A DNA stretch of 64,000 nt from Lytechinus pictus. Its lineage: Eukaryota. A program made the translations under genes and the position numbers. Positions 1 through 13,181 of this stretch are shown here, one piece after another (within the stretch, counting starts at the first letter, position 1; each line of letters begins with the position of its first letter). The DNA is taken from NCBI RefSeq assembly GCF_037042905.1, contig NC_087252.1, positions 26,414,001 through 26,478,000 on the forward strand, read 5' to 3'. The notes below the pieces were generated by a model. It was not told the origin of the DNA and searched no databases. It worked only from the letters and a program-made list of their open reading frames with translations.

Positions 1-730
1 TGAGAGTAAATTTGTTATAGAATTGTGCATTATTTGTTGTCATAAGTCTTCATGAAATGGGCCCTTCAAGTTCAGTGTCTTTTCCAAAAATTGGCACAAG
101 CAATATCAGTACACAGCATTCTAAATTTCATGTCCTCTGATAGATTTTCTTGGAACTATTATAGTCATATCTCTTTTTTGTGTGTGTGTGAAGCGAAACC
201 TAGACATTCCTGTAAACTCCAAACAGGTTGTTCCGTTTTCAAAGACATACTTTCTATTCTTAACATGTGCAACACAGATGTTGTGCAAGGAGATTTTTCT
301 GAAAGCAATGAATTTTCTCTCTATGTGTGTGGTTTGAATTTTGAAGCTTGCCTGGAAAACCTGAAAAATTTAGCAACGTTGAAATAGGGACACAGCATTT
401 TCATATGAAATCAGGTTCAAATATGATTTGTTTTACTCTGTGAACTAATATCAAGCAAAATGATCTTGAAAACCAAAACGAATGGTCAACAAATTTGGTC
501 TGAGCAGAACAAATGCAATGATTCTGTAGCTTTTAACAACAGTATAGGTGAAAATCATTGATCATTTCTTTCGTGAAATGCTTCCCTTATCACAATTTTG
601 TCCTGAGAGTTATGATCCTGTTTTATTTGATCACTTTCCACTTTGCTTGGAGCGTCCAGTGACAACCTATTTAGTGGGGAAATAAATGTGAACTTGGTCT
701 ATGGTTCACCATGGCAATCCAACTTTCCCC

Positions 731-1000
731 TAAAGGACAAGTCCACCCCAACAAAGTTGATTTGAATAAAAAGAGAAAAATCCATCAAGCATAACAATTA
801 AAATTTCATCAAAATCAGATGTAAAATAAGAAAGTTATGACATTTTAAAGTTTCGCTTCATTTCACAAAACAGTTATATACACATTCTGGTCGGTATGCA
901 AATGAGGAGACTGATGACGTCATCCACTCACTATTTCTTTTGTATTTCATTATATGAAATATGAAATATTCCAAATATGAAATATGAAATATTCCAATTA
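731..1000. mobile_element. Truncated copy of a TTAA-flanked ~600-bp non-autonomous element (family B, Kolobok-like)
   Basis: Starts TAAAGGACAAGTCCACCCCAAC, the reverse complement of the right ends at 18421-18445 and 61678-61700; matches their interior for about 250 bp. Confidence 0.75.
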
Positions 1001-1017
1001 AGTCACACAACTAAACC

Positions 1018-1350
1018 AATTCAGTGGGATCCAGCTTAAGAAGCTGAATGTGCGCTGGGTCTTTAATTGAACATGGTTTTCCAACTTTGCTTTAAAACTG
1101 GAAATGCTTTTGCATGATGAAAAACCTACATCGAGTTTCTAAACACACATTAGGACTCTTGGAACGTACAGTCACACATTTACACCGATTCAGGTGGATC
1201 CAGATTCGGGAACTGAATGTGAACTGGGTCTTTAGGTCTTTACTTCTTTACCTCAACATGGCGTTCCAACTTCGCTTTAAAACTGGAAATGATTTTGACA
1301 GATGAAAAGCTACCTTGAGTTTGTAAACAAAAGTGAGGACTCTTGAGTCG
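1018..1350. repeat. Diverged tandem duplication, two units of about 170-190 bp
   Basis: GGATCCAG..CTGAATGTG..CTGGGTCTTTA and TTCCAACTT.GCTTTAAAACTGGAAATG each occur twice in the same order. Confidence 0.75.
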
Positions 1351-4300
1351 ATCCTGACATTATATAGAGATATCATGCTGGCCATGGGGAAAGGATCTCC
1401 TATGAAGCTGTGTTACCATGGCTGTTTCGCACACAGCTGCAGCTGCGATGCTTTCCTTCCATTACATCCCACCGCTGTCACCTGTCTCGTGTGTTCAGAT
1501 AATTTAAGTAGTACGTTTTCTAAGACCGGACACTGCAGAAATGCCATTGATGATTAACACCGATCCAGTGTCTTACAGGTTAACACCAGAGAAGTGTTCA
1601 AACGGCACCATTTTGGCTTTGGGCTAACACCATATAGGCATTTACACACCATGCAGTGTTAGAGCAATAGTGGTTCACTTCTAAATTGGCGTTATTTTAA
1701 CACTTCTCTGGTGCCACAGATAATTTAATACCAGCCCAGCATCTATACTGGAACACACCAGAAAAGTGTTGAAATTGCACCAATTTGGCTTAGGTCTAAC
1801 ACCATATAGGCATTGAAACACTGCCAGTCAGTGTTTAAGCAACAACAGGTTGATTCTAAACTGATGTTCTTCAAACACTTATTTTTCAAGTTTCCTATGT
1901 AGATAACAAGTTGTTGGCGGCAAATTAACATTGGGAATTTTGCATTTTTTTATAAATTAAGCATAGGTTCAATCTTATAGCCCAGGATAACTGGATCACA
2001 CGAATTAAGCTGTGGCGAGCTCCCTCCAATTTTTACTTAACTCAATTAATATCCCACAAATCTTTTACAAAAAGATTAATTCAACCCATTGTTAATTTTG
2101 AGGTAAATAAAACCAAATCCCATTTTACATCTCAAGGGGAAAGTATTACAGAAGTTTGTATGATTCACCGAATATCTTTCCTTTCATGAGGAAAGGATGC
2201 CAGAGAAATGAGAAGCTAAATATCCTACCTCTCTTATAACCACATCAGCCTTCGCCTCTAAACAACAGTTTCCTCGAAAATCAAAATGGCATTGACAAAT
2301 GAGAGCAGAACTTGGGCCATGCTCCTCAGAACACATGTGAGGGGAGATTGGGTTGTTCACACCAAGATCAATTTTACAAAATATAGATTGTTTAGGGGTA
2401 GATAATAAAATTGACAAGCAAAATTAGGCAGCATCACTCAGAAATTAGGAATTAGAATGCCGGCTTCAAAAAGTCAATGTGGATTGCTCCTTTCTAATAG
2501 GGTACATCTATATAAATGACACAAATTTCTTGACTTTCGATAAGAGTTAGCTAGGAATATTTTGTGTGAAACACAGAATAGATAAGATTACTTAATATAG
2601 CATAACTCAATCATCATTGAAATATATGTACGCCACACAAATAAAAATAATTCTCCTTTTTTAAAGAATTATAATATATTTTTTTCTATTATTAGATCGA
2701 CTGCAAAAATTGACCAAAATAAAAAACAATTAATAAGTTCCATCAGTTGCAACTGATAATTTCATAAGCCACATGAAGGTATGATTACAACAATTTTTTT
2801 CCTTGTTAGAAAGAGGATAACGTGAATATTTCGAAGGCTAGAGATTTAGTGCAGTGAGTAATACCTTCCTATCGGTAAGTGAGCCCAAACTTGGATGTCT
2901 CCAAGGAGAAGACGGAGTTGACAGCCTGACCCAAATCAATGTTTCCAATTCTGAAGAATTCAATTGTTCGCGACCACTGGTATAGTAAGGGATTTGTTTA
3001 TCGGCTTATTAAGGCTATATTGTTAATGGTATTTGGCTCGGAAAATGACAGCAAGAAAACACTGTACAAAATAAAGAACTGGAGACTTTTTGTAGTAGAT
3101 AGATTTTTGCCCAAGATTATGAAGGAAAAAAATTGTTATATTTCCATATCTTGGTAATTCCCCACACAACCACAACCCTAAAAACTACAGTAAAATACAT
3201 TCTGTAAATATGCAACGACAAAAACTGATTTTGACATAAATTTATCTACAAGTGGAAAAGTTCCCCTAAACAGGACACAGTGTACTTTTTATAGTCCTAG
3301 GGGGAGCAACAAGCAAACATTTTTTTGGTCAAGAAACTGACTTTTTTCAAAGTGTTCGAATGACTTACATTTTTTTAAACACACTGTACTCCTAGCATTC
3401 ACAATCCTCACACTCATTACAATCAGTTTCAGAGAATCATAAGGCCCTTTCCATTAAATTTTGTTCCTTTTAATTTTCTTCCCTTTTTTGTTCATTTTTA
3501 TTCCCTTCCCATATACTCTGGCAGTATATCCTGTAAAGCATCTAACTGACAGTCTCACTTACTTTCTAAAAATGTGCTCCCTGACTCATTTCTGAGGCAA
3601 CAACCGCAAATCAAAACACAAACACAAAATAAAACACAACACAGAGTGCTCTCCTCTATTAAAGGGGAAATTCACCCTAATGATATGTTGGTTTTTATCA
3701 CAGCAGAAAATAAGAGACAAAATATTTAGGGTGGTTTGATGAAAAATCATGAAAGAACAAGAGAGTTATGAGTTTTTGTTTTTTAGCTTTTTAATTGATG
3801 GCATCATACATATATACAAGCAGCTCACCCAAGTTATCATGTAATATTAATTTTGTATATTTCAATTCTTAATGGAAAATGATTAACTAAAAAATACAAA
3901 GATCAAATGGGGGTATCATATGGAATGATGTATCTGATGATATATCCCCTGAAAAAAAAAATCACTTCAATTTTTCTAAAGAAAATGACACTTTAAAGAA
4001 TTTATATCACAGGATATACACGGGGGGGAGCGGCCCATCTGTGATGTCACAAAATAAAAACATCCACGAAAATCACTCCTTATTTCTATGACAGATTTTC
4101 ATCACACCTTCACCAATATTTGACTTTTTCTATTTTTTTTCAAAACCAATTTTTCGTCATATATTGCAGATAAGAGTGTTTGACCCTGGAGGAAGTAAAG
4201 GTCAACCATGGAGTCCATGGAGTGTAGCCAAGTCATGTTTCATAAGGCTGTTAAGAAGTTATGCATGATTTAACAAACAACTAGTGACCTTATTGTGCTA

Positions 4301-4374
4301 CATGATATCTCTGTATCATATATAGCTGGTGTAAGCACCTCCTAATAATTTCTTGTAGTGCGTCAAGTCGTGTG

Positions 4375-4515
4375 CAAATTTATGTGTAAATCTGTGCGTA
4401 GATTTGTGTCTAAATTTGGGTGTAAATTTGTGCGTAGATGTGTAAATTTCTGCGTAGATGTGTAAATTTCTGCATTAATTTGTGTAAATTTCTGTGTAAA
4501 TTTGTGTAAATTTGA
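4375..4515. repeat. Degenerate minisatellite (TGTAAATTTGTG-like, about 12-bp unit)
   Basis: Repeated TGTAAATTT/GTAGAT units read directly. Confidence 0.8.
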
Positions 4516-4739
4516 GCATGAAATCATGTGTGACTGTGACTTACGAACAGCTCAAAGGCAATCACATTTTAAAACGGCTTATTTCCATCAGCCATCTAAA
4601 AAACTTTGTGAAATTTGAGTCATATAAGGCCTATATATTTTCATTCAGTTGATAAAGTAACACAAGAAAGGGAAATATCTTGTTACTGTGAAGATAACTT
4701 CATACAGACCCATGTGTTATCAAAAGATGCAGGTCTCAT

Positions 4740-5145
4740 GGTAAATTGCCAATTCGTCCACTGCCGACTCGTCCACTCACCACATGGTCTACCTTCATTT
4801 TAATTAGTCTAAGGCCATTCTGCCCATCAACATTTCAGCTAACAACCATTTGGTCTGATCATCACTTCGTACAATCACCAGTTCGTCTATTTACATTTCG
4901 TCTAATAACCAGTTGGTCTAATACCCATTTCTTTTCATTTATTGTGCACAATTAACACTTTAGTTTAATTAGACCACATGGTATACAGACTAAATGGCTA
5001 TTGGACCAACTGGTTATTAGACGGAATGACATAAGACTAAATGAAAGTAGACCATGTGGTGAGTGGACGAACTGATGGTAGACCAAATGATAGTAGACGA
5101 GTTGGCAATTGGACGATTTGACATTAGACAAATTGGAAATAAACT
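4740..5145. mobile_element. Foldback-type non-autonomous DNA element with short sub-repeats and 8-bp TSD
   Basis: GGTCTCAT flanks both sides (4732-4739, 5146-5153); left half has TTCGTC/TGGTCTA motifs, right half their complements; an inverted copy lies at 25714-26115. Confidence 0.75.
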
Positions 5146-5638
5146 GGTCTCATATCAGTCAAAAGTGGAATACAGCACAGACTATGCATGATGGAAGTTG
5201 AAGTTCCCTCTCTTAATCACTGCCATCGATTTCACTCCTAATCTCTTCTCACTGTTCATGACATCTTCACATTAATCACTGGTGCGTAATTTCCCTTCTG
5301 TAAATTGGCCACATGCACCCGCTCTCAATTCGATTACAATTCATTCCAAATTTGTTTCCCATGATCTCGGATGTTTAAGGGTCAAGACAAAACGTCTTCA
5401 GGATCGCAGATCCAGATGGAATATAGATGTCCTACGCATTCCATAGGATAACGTGAACCACTAATTCTAAGTGTAGGCACAAGCATAGACCTAGAAATGA
5501 CATGTCAAAGCTTCTGTTATCGTTGTTCATCTATTTACCAAATACCATCATTAAAATAATATTGCTTGAACTCTAGCTGTAGTGACTTTGTTTGAGTTTG
5601 CATTTTTTATTTGTGATTCATGTTTGTGATTATGGCTC

Positions 5639-6040
5639 TTAAAGAGAAATGCCAGTATTTGCAGTAAACACTGATTTCATGAGAAAGTCTGTAAAACCAG
5701 GCTTAATTGTCAGTATATCATCGAGGATCTAGATCTGGTACAGTTACATAAACTGAACTTTGTGAAATCTTGAAATCTACGCTGAAAAATGTTCACACTG
5801 AAGATCACCAACACAGATAAGCGCACGTGGGACAGTGTATTATTATTGCTGGAATAAAGACCCGACGGAAGTGACAGAATCCGCGCTTATTTTGCTTATT
5901 TCTCAGCAATTACACAATTTCTTCCAGAATCCTTTGGCACATATTTTTTATTCATACAAACAGACACTTGGGTGGTCATTATATTAGATTCTGTAAAAAG
6001 TCATTTTGAGATCGTTACCAAAACTGGAATTTATCTTTAA
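5639..6040. mobile_element. TTAA-flanked ~400-bp MITE (family A, Kolobok-like)
   Basis: TTAA|AGAGAAATGCCAGT ... ACTGGAATTTATCT|TTAA imperfect TIRs; near-identical inverted copies at 12094-12494 and 20420-20822. Confidence 0.85.
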
Positions 6041-6615
6041 ATAAAATCAATTGAAAACCACCTTTTTTCTACAAATTAGTTAATTCCCTTATCAATGATA
6101 GATTGTAATTGACACAACAATCCGAATATCAGCAATTTGAATATGAGTTTGAGAAAGTTGCACTTATATTTACACTTAGAATCAATTCTCTGAAAAGGGG
6201 TAACTTTATTCATTCCATCTAAAAGTAAAATATATGTCCATGTTATCACCCAAGATGAGGCACAGTAGGCCTACATGTAAATGGTGCTTGAAGTAGCAAC
6301 TTATACTATAATTATCTTTTTTTTTTTTATTCATTCATTGCCAGTGATATCATGTTCTCCTTTTTTTCAAACAATGTATTAATGACAGCAACCATACTTT
6401 AAACTTCAGAAATAAACTACATTAATATCTTCATTGGATAATGAATTGTTCATCAAGATTTCACAACGTGACTCACATAATGTTTCAACAATCATTAAAT
6501 CCTGCCAGTCTAAACTCTTTTGGTTAAGAATTTTGTGAATTACTTTAGACTATCATCTAAAATGTTATTCTTACAAAGTGTTGTGATTGATATAATTTCT
6601 CCTTTTGTTGTATAG

Positions 6616-6771
6616 GCCCTGGCCCTGGGAAGCGGGGGTGCTGGGGGTGCTGAAGCACCCACAAGATTTTTCTTGGGGTGCTACGTGCGTTATTCTCCAT
6701 TTTCTTCTTTTTGTTTTACTTGTCAAATTTAAACCAGCACCCCCAGTAAAAAAAATTGTTTCCAGACCCTG
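6616..6771. mobile_element. Short hAT-like non-autonomous element
   Basis: GGCCCTGGGAAGCG...GGGGTGCTGAAGCACCC start shared with 48635-48760; ends CCCTG. Confidence 0.5.
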
Positions 6772-9051
6772 ATAGGAAAATGTGTGTTATACAGAAATTA
6801 CACTGTGTTGAATAGATTTATTAAAACAGAATAGGGTAGTACTTTCTATCCAAACATGATACACCTTTCGAGGAATGCCAATATTTTTTCTTCTCCTCCA
6901 AAATAATGCATTACATTTCTTTCAAACGCAGATTCACAACTTCGTAGAAATTACTGAAAGAAAATATGCAATTATGTTAAGTCTAGACAGGATAGGGCCG
7001 ACCACATGACAAGTTTTCTATAAAAAAACAAACTAATTGACTCTTGATTCAAATAGACGTTTCATACTAACATTAACCAAATTTGATCGCAGTTATTTCA
7101 TAAACATTTCCCCCAATACAAAACATGCCTTTTCACCTTCAGAGTGACGCGACCAAACTCGATTTTCGATGAAGCTGTTCAAATTCGATTTCAGGGAAGG
7201 ACTTGTGATATATTTTGACCAAAAGTACAGGGAGGTGTTTTTGAGAACTGAGACTGGACTCATTTCTGTGGTGCCGGCGAGTTCAAGGACACCATAGACA
7301 AGACACAGGAACTTGTCTGTTATTGTAGTGAGAACTGAGCACAGTCTGGTTAGGTGAGAGGAATAATGCCAGGATTGTCATTAGTATGGGGAAACAATCA
7401 ATTCTACACATTGGCCCTTATCCATGGAATTATTCAGAGATTTTGACAAAATAAACAACAAAATATTTTCACGATTTTGATGAGGACGGTATCCCAAAAT
7501 CATTTGGCTTTGGTCAATTTCACACTGTGTTTTAGATATAACTTATTCAAATAGATCAAATATCAGTTTTCTGTATTATTTAAATCACATAGTATTGTAA
7601 GAGACAGTAGAACAGTCATAGACTTTGCAATGGTATTTCAACTGTGCGAATGAAAAATATGTATATTTCTGTTTGTTTATATTTTTTAAAAAAAGGTAAG
7701 CTTGTAACATGAAATGATACAGAACCTTTATAAGGATTTTAATTTGCTCTTCAAAAAAAGACCACATACAATCTACTTAAAGTTGGTACTCGAGATTGAA
7801 AAAATAATAATTCAAAATAATCACTTTGAAAACTAAGAGTGCCAGTCATTTTTACTTAAAAATTATGTTACTTTTTAAATGTAAGTTTCAAATTGATAAA
7901 ATTCCCCTGGAATAAGATATATTTTTCAAATCTGGAGTGATTGTTCTATCTAGTCTTCCTATTGCTGATGCCTCCAATAATAAGAGTGGATTATTACGGC
8001 AAACTGAATAGAGAAGAGTAACTGCGAGAACACACAACTGTCCTGCAATGTCTCATCATGCAGTCTCTAGCATTATTCCCCCAGCCTTTCTGCTTTCTTT
8101 CTTATTCTTTTTAATGGCAAATAGTGCAGTGTCTTCGTTTTGCACCTGGGTCATTAGTTTACAAAATCGCAGCTCTCCGAATGACCTTGCCTCCTTTAAC
8201 ATGGTGGGCTTCTGAAAGACGGTTCGTTAATGAGTATTAATCTACATGTAATCAATGCAGTAGACCGTTCAATCAAATTTACAAACCACGGGTTTCAATT
8301 GAGTTAGCTCTGCTCTCTGACTCAAAATGACTTCACATCAGTACCTTGCTTGGTAGTCTGCCATTCCAGACCTCAAGCCCGGTGCCTACCACACGATCCA
8401 ACTACAACACAATTTTTCAACAAATCGTAATATGCATTAAATATGAAAATTCCAAGAAGTAAAATTATTAATCCGACGATTGGCATAATACAACATGTAG
8501 AAATACTCAAATCAAAATTTTGCTTTACTGCAAGCTGTGTGGTCAGAAAATAGTCTAGATTGGATTCATGTCACAGCCGATGATGACATGATTATGATTT
8601 GGAATTGATTTTTTTCTCTCTCTCTTCACGGAGGCTTGAGATTGGAATTTCAATTTTTCATATTCACACCACTATACAGAAATATCAAACGCTATTACAA
8701 TTTCTTCAAAAATCTGATCCCAACGCAGTGCTCGTCGGGCCAGTATCTTTTCAGAAATAGCCAGATTTACCGGTCCGACATGACCAGTAAAAAAATATAT
8801 CAATCTGATACAAATATTTTCTTCTCTTTTGTAAATTTATAAAAATGGCTGTGGCGTTTCAAAAAAGGCTCTCAAGAATTATGTTGTTTGTGTGTGTGTG
8901 TACTTTTTTTTTGGGGGGGTAATACTAAGTAGTAAAAGATAGCAAAATAAATTCAAATATTTTTTGTGTTTCTTTATTTTAGGGGACCAGCAGATATTAG
9001 TTTGGATCAGTAAAAAATAGAAAAACTCGGTATCTACTGGTTAGACATAAA

Positions 9052-9443
9052 GGCCCGAATTCACAAAGGTGGTTTTGAAAACCCACGGTTGAGTCCATGG
9101 TTCATGCAGATTTCCCTCTTAAATTAAGCTATTTTACCGCGTATATTTAATAATGCCCAATGCTGATGGGCGCTTTTGTCACAGTGCGCCAAATTGACGC
9201 CTGCTGCCGTGGTTATCCACGCTATTTTATTCATGAGTCCACTCTTCAAACAGTGGACTCATGAATAAAATAGCGTATCCAACCATGGAAACAGGCGTCA
9301 ATTTGGTGCACTGTGACAAAAGCGCGCCTCAGCATTCAACATTTTTTATAAACGCGCTAAAATAAGCGTAATTTATACAGGAAATCTGCATAAACCATGG
9401 ACTCAACCGTGGGTTTTCAAAACCACTTTTGCGAATTCGGGCC
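9052..9443. mobile_element. Fully palindromic ~390-bp MITE (Harbinger-like GGCCCG ends)
   Basis: GGCCCGAATTCACAAAGGTGGTTTTGAAAACCCACGG pairs with CCGTGGGTTTTCAAAACCACTTTTGCGAATTCGGGCC; pairing continues to a small loop near 9247. Confidence 0.85.
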
Positions 9444-9532
9444 AAACAGGTTGGACCAGGTGAAAATAGGGTGTGGAGCCCTGCCCCAGCGTTACAGTCA
9501 CACCAACGAAACTGACTCCAAACAGTCCAATG

Positions 9533-9998
9533 CAGACCTGCCAACCTCTGTGAATGAAAAACTGTATTCTGTGATTTAAAAAAACAGTATTTTTCCCCAA
9601 AAAAGTGTATTTCATAATAAAATGCTTGGCGCACTCGCTCATCGCGGCGCTCAAGCTGCATGCAAGCCAAAATGCGCACTGCTCTTGCAGATGAAAAAAA
9701 AACATTAAAACATGTGTATATCTTCACCCTGGTTTTAACAAAATTATTGAAAAAAAAAAACAAGTTACCTGAAATTACATTGATCTAATAACCATATTTG
9801 TGTACGTTTTATGAAATAGAGACATATAGAGATTATTTTTCTCAATAGATTACGATTTAGTAAAAAAAAAAAATAATAATAATTATTTATTTATTATTTT
9901 TTTACAAAAACCATATTTTTCAAAGAAAAAAATTACTGCTGTATTTTGGTTGCAAAAAGGTACTAAATACGGCTAAAACGTACTGGTTGGCAGTTCTG
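9533..9998. mobile_element. CAG...CTG non-autonomous element with 6-bp TSD (hAT6-like)
   Basis: TIR CAGACCTGCCAACC / GGTTGGCAGTTCTG; CCAATG at 9527-9532 and 9999-10004. Confidence 0.8.
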
Positions 9999-11354
9999 CC
10001 AATGGTATCCTATTCAAAATAATGTGATAGAAATGACTGGTCTGGATTCAGTTTCACTGGTGTGAACGTAGCAAACGGCTTTGGACAAGTATGCAGAACT
10101 TGAGAAACTTGGAATGTTTACACTTGTGTATAGATTGTACAGGCCTAAATGTGTAGACCAGGCTCTCAAAAGTTATGCAAGACTTTATGCATGACTTCTG
10201 AACATTTCTTGCGCTACATGATATATCGTATGTAGCTGATAACGTTTGAACAACAACACTATTCTGCAGTCTTAAACCGAGACTAGTCAGACTTAACCTT
10301 GGCAGCCAATGATAGCTTTGACATTCCAAGTTCACTTATTTTCTCTTTTTTTTACAGGGGGGGGGTCACTTCAACGGTGACAAATGATAAAGTCGTAGCA
10401 TAGGGATCCGGGCACATAGTCTAGTAAGCTATATAAATACACCATGATCAAATACAGACATCCAAAATACAGGTGGAATTTGGGCAAATAGTTGAAAAGG
10501 GGAAATATCTGTATAATCATAGCTCAAAAAACCCTGATGGGTTCTGTGCAATGTGGTGCTACAATGAATATTTAAAGGGAACAAACAGATTTTTTCTTTT
10601 ATGAAATATGATTTTATCTTATCCTTAAAACAATTCTGTCAATCTATATTAAATTACTTTTCACAAGAACTTTTAATTGTATTTAATTGTGGTTTAAGGG
10701 TTGGAAAATATGGGCCACATTTGATCATATTACATGTAAGATGGTAACATCAGGTCCAAAGATGAAATTGAAAAAAATAAGGTTAATTTGTCACTTATTA
10801 AACCTTCTCTTCTAGTAATTACATGAATCCTGATGGATGGAGTAAAAAGCAGATTGCTTCAAATGATATTGATATTAAAGTTCAAGTAAGATTAATAATT
10901 TGGAACCTTATTGCTAAGACACTAGTAATATCCTTTCATTTGAGTCACTTACATGTAGTAATTGTCTATTCCTGTCTTTTTTTTTCAGGTTTCTTTTGTT
11001 TCAAACTTTTGAACTGTCCAAAAGGATCCTTGAAACTATTTTTACATATCAAACACATAATCTACCTTGGCCTCAAAGAGCTTTACACTTATTTCACAAA
11101 ATTAATTGATACCAGTTTTCATAGTGTTTACAGATAAAGCCCTCATCAAATCACTACATCGCTAAATCTGAACAAAAAATATTTCCCTGTGCCATTTAGT
11201 TCCACCCTTTCAGCAAGCGAAAGGTACAATTTTGGCTTATTATGCCATATATAGTAATTACTTATAATGTACATCAGGACATCAAAACACAAGCCTAAAA
11301 CTTATCAATTATTGTAGGGCTAATTTGTTTACTACTGATTACATTAATTTTTAA

Positions 11355-11578
11355 AAATCCATATTTTATTGTTCGAAATAGACATGAAATGATCGTGGGC
11401 CCGGTAGCCGCTGTGCAGCGCCAGATCCACGAGGCTCTATCCCTTTAATCGTTGAACGCCAAACGGGCAGCAGCAACTCCCATCTTTTAACGTCTTTTGG
11501 TCTGACGCGGCCGGGGTTTGAACCCCCGACCTCCCGGTTGTGAGACGGACGCTCTACCGACTGAGCCAACACACCGGT
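11355..11578 (-). mobile_element. tRNA-derived SINE (MetaSINE-like body)
   Basis: Minus strand has A box TGGCTCAGTCGG and B box GGTTCAAACC, then GTCAGACCAAAAGACGTTAAAAGATGG body instead of a tRNA 3' end; an isolated copy of its 3' tail is at 11725-11810. Confidence 0.75.
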
Positions 11579-12093
11579 GTTTCAAAGCAATCATATGTTC
11601 TTTCTTTAAATGGGATCATAAAACTTTGAAGTTTTAAAAATGTTACAAAAGTCTAAAAATAATATTCATTAGAGTAATTTATAATCAAATAAAATAAATT
11701 TTGTAATATATTTATCTCAGTATGAAAATCCATATTTTTGTTATTGTTCGAAATAGACATGAAATGAAATACTCAGAAAATTTGCTTAGCCCAATTGATC
11801 GTGGGCCCGGCATAATATATATTTTTTCATCATATATATTTCTCATAATAATATAATTTTTTATAATATTCTAATCAGAGGTCTTTATGAAAAGGGGTCA
11901 GATTAGTCAGTCATGTTGGCAATATTGGAAGGTCCATACATGTCATTATAAATGACTGATACATCATAGACTGTTAGGAGCCTAATCACATGATGATGTC
12001 ATAGCATCAGATAATTAATCCACTGACGAGATTAGAGCTGCCTATAAACGTATTAAAAAGTAAGTTCCCATTCCCTTTCCCCGGTATCACAGA

Positions 12094-12494
12094 TTAAAGG
12101 TAAATGCTAGTTTTGGTAACGATTTCAAAATGAGTTTGTACAGAATCCAATGAAATGACCACCAAAGTGTCTGTTTGTATAAATAAAACATATGTGCCAA
12201 ACGATTCTGGAAGAAATTGTGTAATTGCTGAGAAATCAGCAAATAAGCACAGGATTCGGGTCAAGCGTCGGGCCGACATTCAAGGCAATTATTATACACT
12301 GCCCCACGTGCGCATATCTGTGTAAGTGATCTTCAGCGTGAAATTTTTCAGCGTAGATTTCAAGATTTCACAAAGTTTGGTTTATGTAACTGTACCAGAT
12401 CTAGATCCTCGATGATATACTGACAATTAAACCTTGTTTTACAGACTTTCTCATGAAATCAGTGTTTACTGCAACTACTGGCATTTCTCTTTAA
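12094..12494. mobile_element. Family A MITE copy (TTAA-flanked)
   Basis: Reverse complement of 5639-6040; TTAA at both ends. Confidence 0.85.
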
Positions 12495-12962
12495 AGGGGA
12501 AGTTCACCCTGACAAAAAGTTTATTGTAAAAATAGCAGAAAAAATAATAAAAAATATTGCCGAAGGTTTGAGAAAAATTCATCAAATAATTATAAAGTTA
12601 TTAGAATTTCAATTATTTGATTTGTGACGTCATGTGCGAGCAGCATTCCTACATAGCGAATGGTAAAAAATCAATGAAATGTCATTTTCTCAGAAAATTG
12701 AAAATGGTTTTCACTGTACCTTTTGTATATCAATAGATATCAATAGCGTCGGGCCCGACATTTGAAGCAATAATTATACACTGTCCCACGTGCGCTTATC
12801 TGTGTTGGGGATCTTCAGCCTGAACATTTTTCAGCGTAGATTTCAAGTTTATGTAACTGTACCAGATCTAGATCCTCGATGATATACCTGACAATTAAGC
12901 CTTGTTTTACAGACTTTCTCATGAAATCAGTGTTTCCTGCAACTACTGGAATTTCTCTTTAA
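12495..12962. mobile_element. Composite: partial family-B-related element (to ~12740) joined to the right half of a family A MITE
   Basis: TTAAAGGGGAAGTTCACCCTG start resembles 3659; 12745-12962 repeats 12265-12494. Confidence 0.7.
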
Positions 12963-13181
12963 TATCAATAAATCAATATTTACTACTTTGTTGACTTGGA
13001 ACTTGATTTGGAACTTGATGATTTAACTCTGAGCTTCAACATGTTAATCTGTAGTCACTTAATACATCCATGACTAAAAAATCACATTAATTAGCAAGTA
13101 GTGGATGTATTAAAAGGAGGTTGGCAAGTTTGTCCAGAATTCAAAGATCATCACTGTTCCAGTAACTGCTGTAAACATTTT

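Noticed and set aside
11500..11578. Functional tRNA gene
   Set aside because: No proper acceptor-stem pairing or terminator; the sequence continues into a SINE body.
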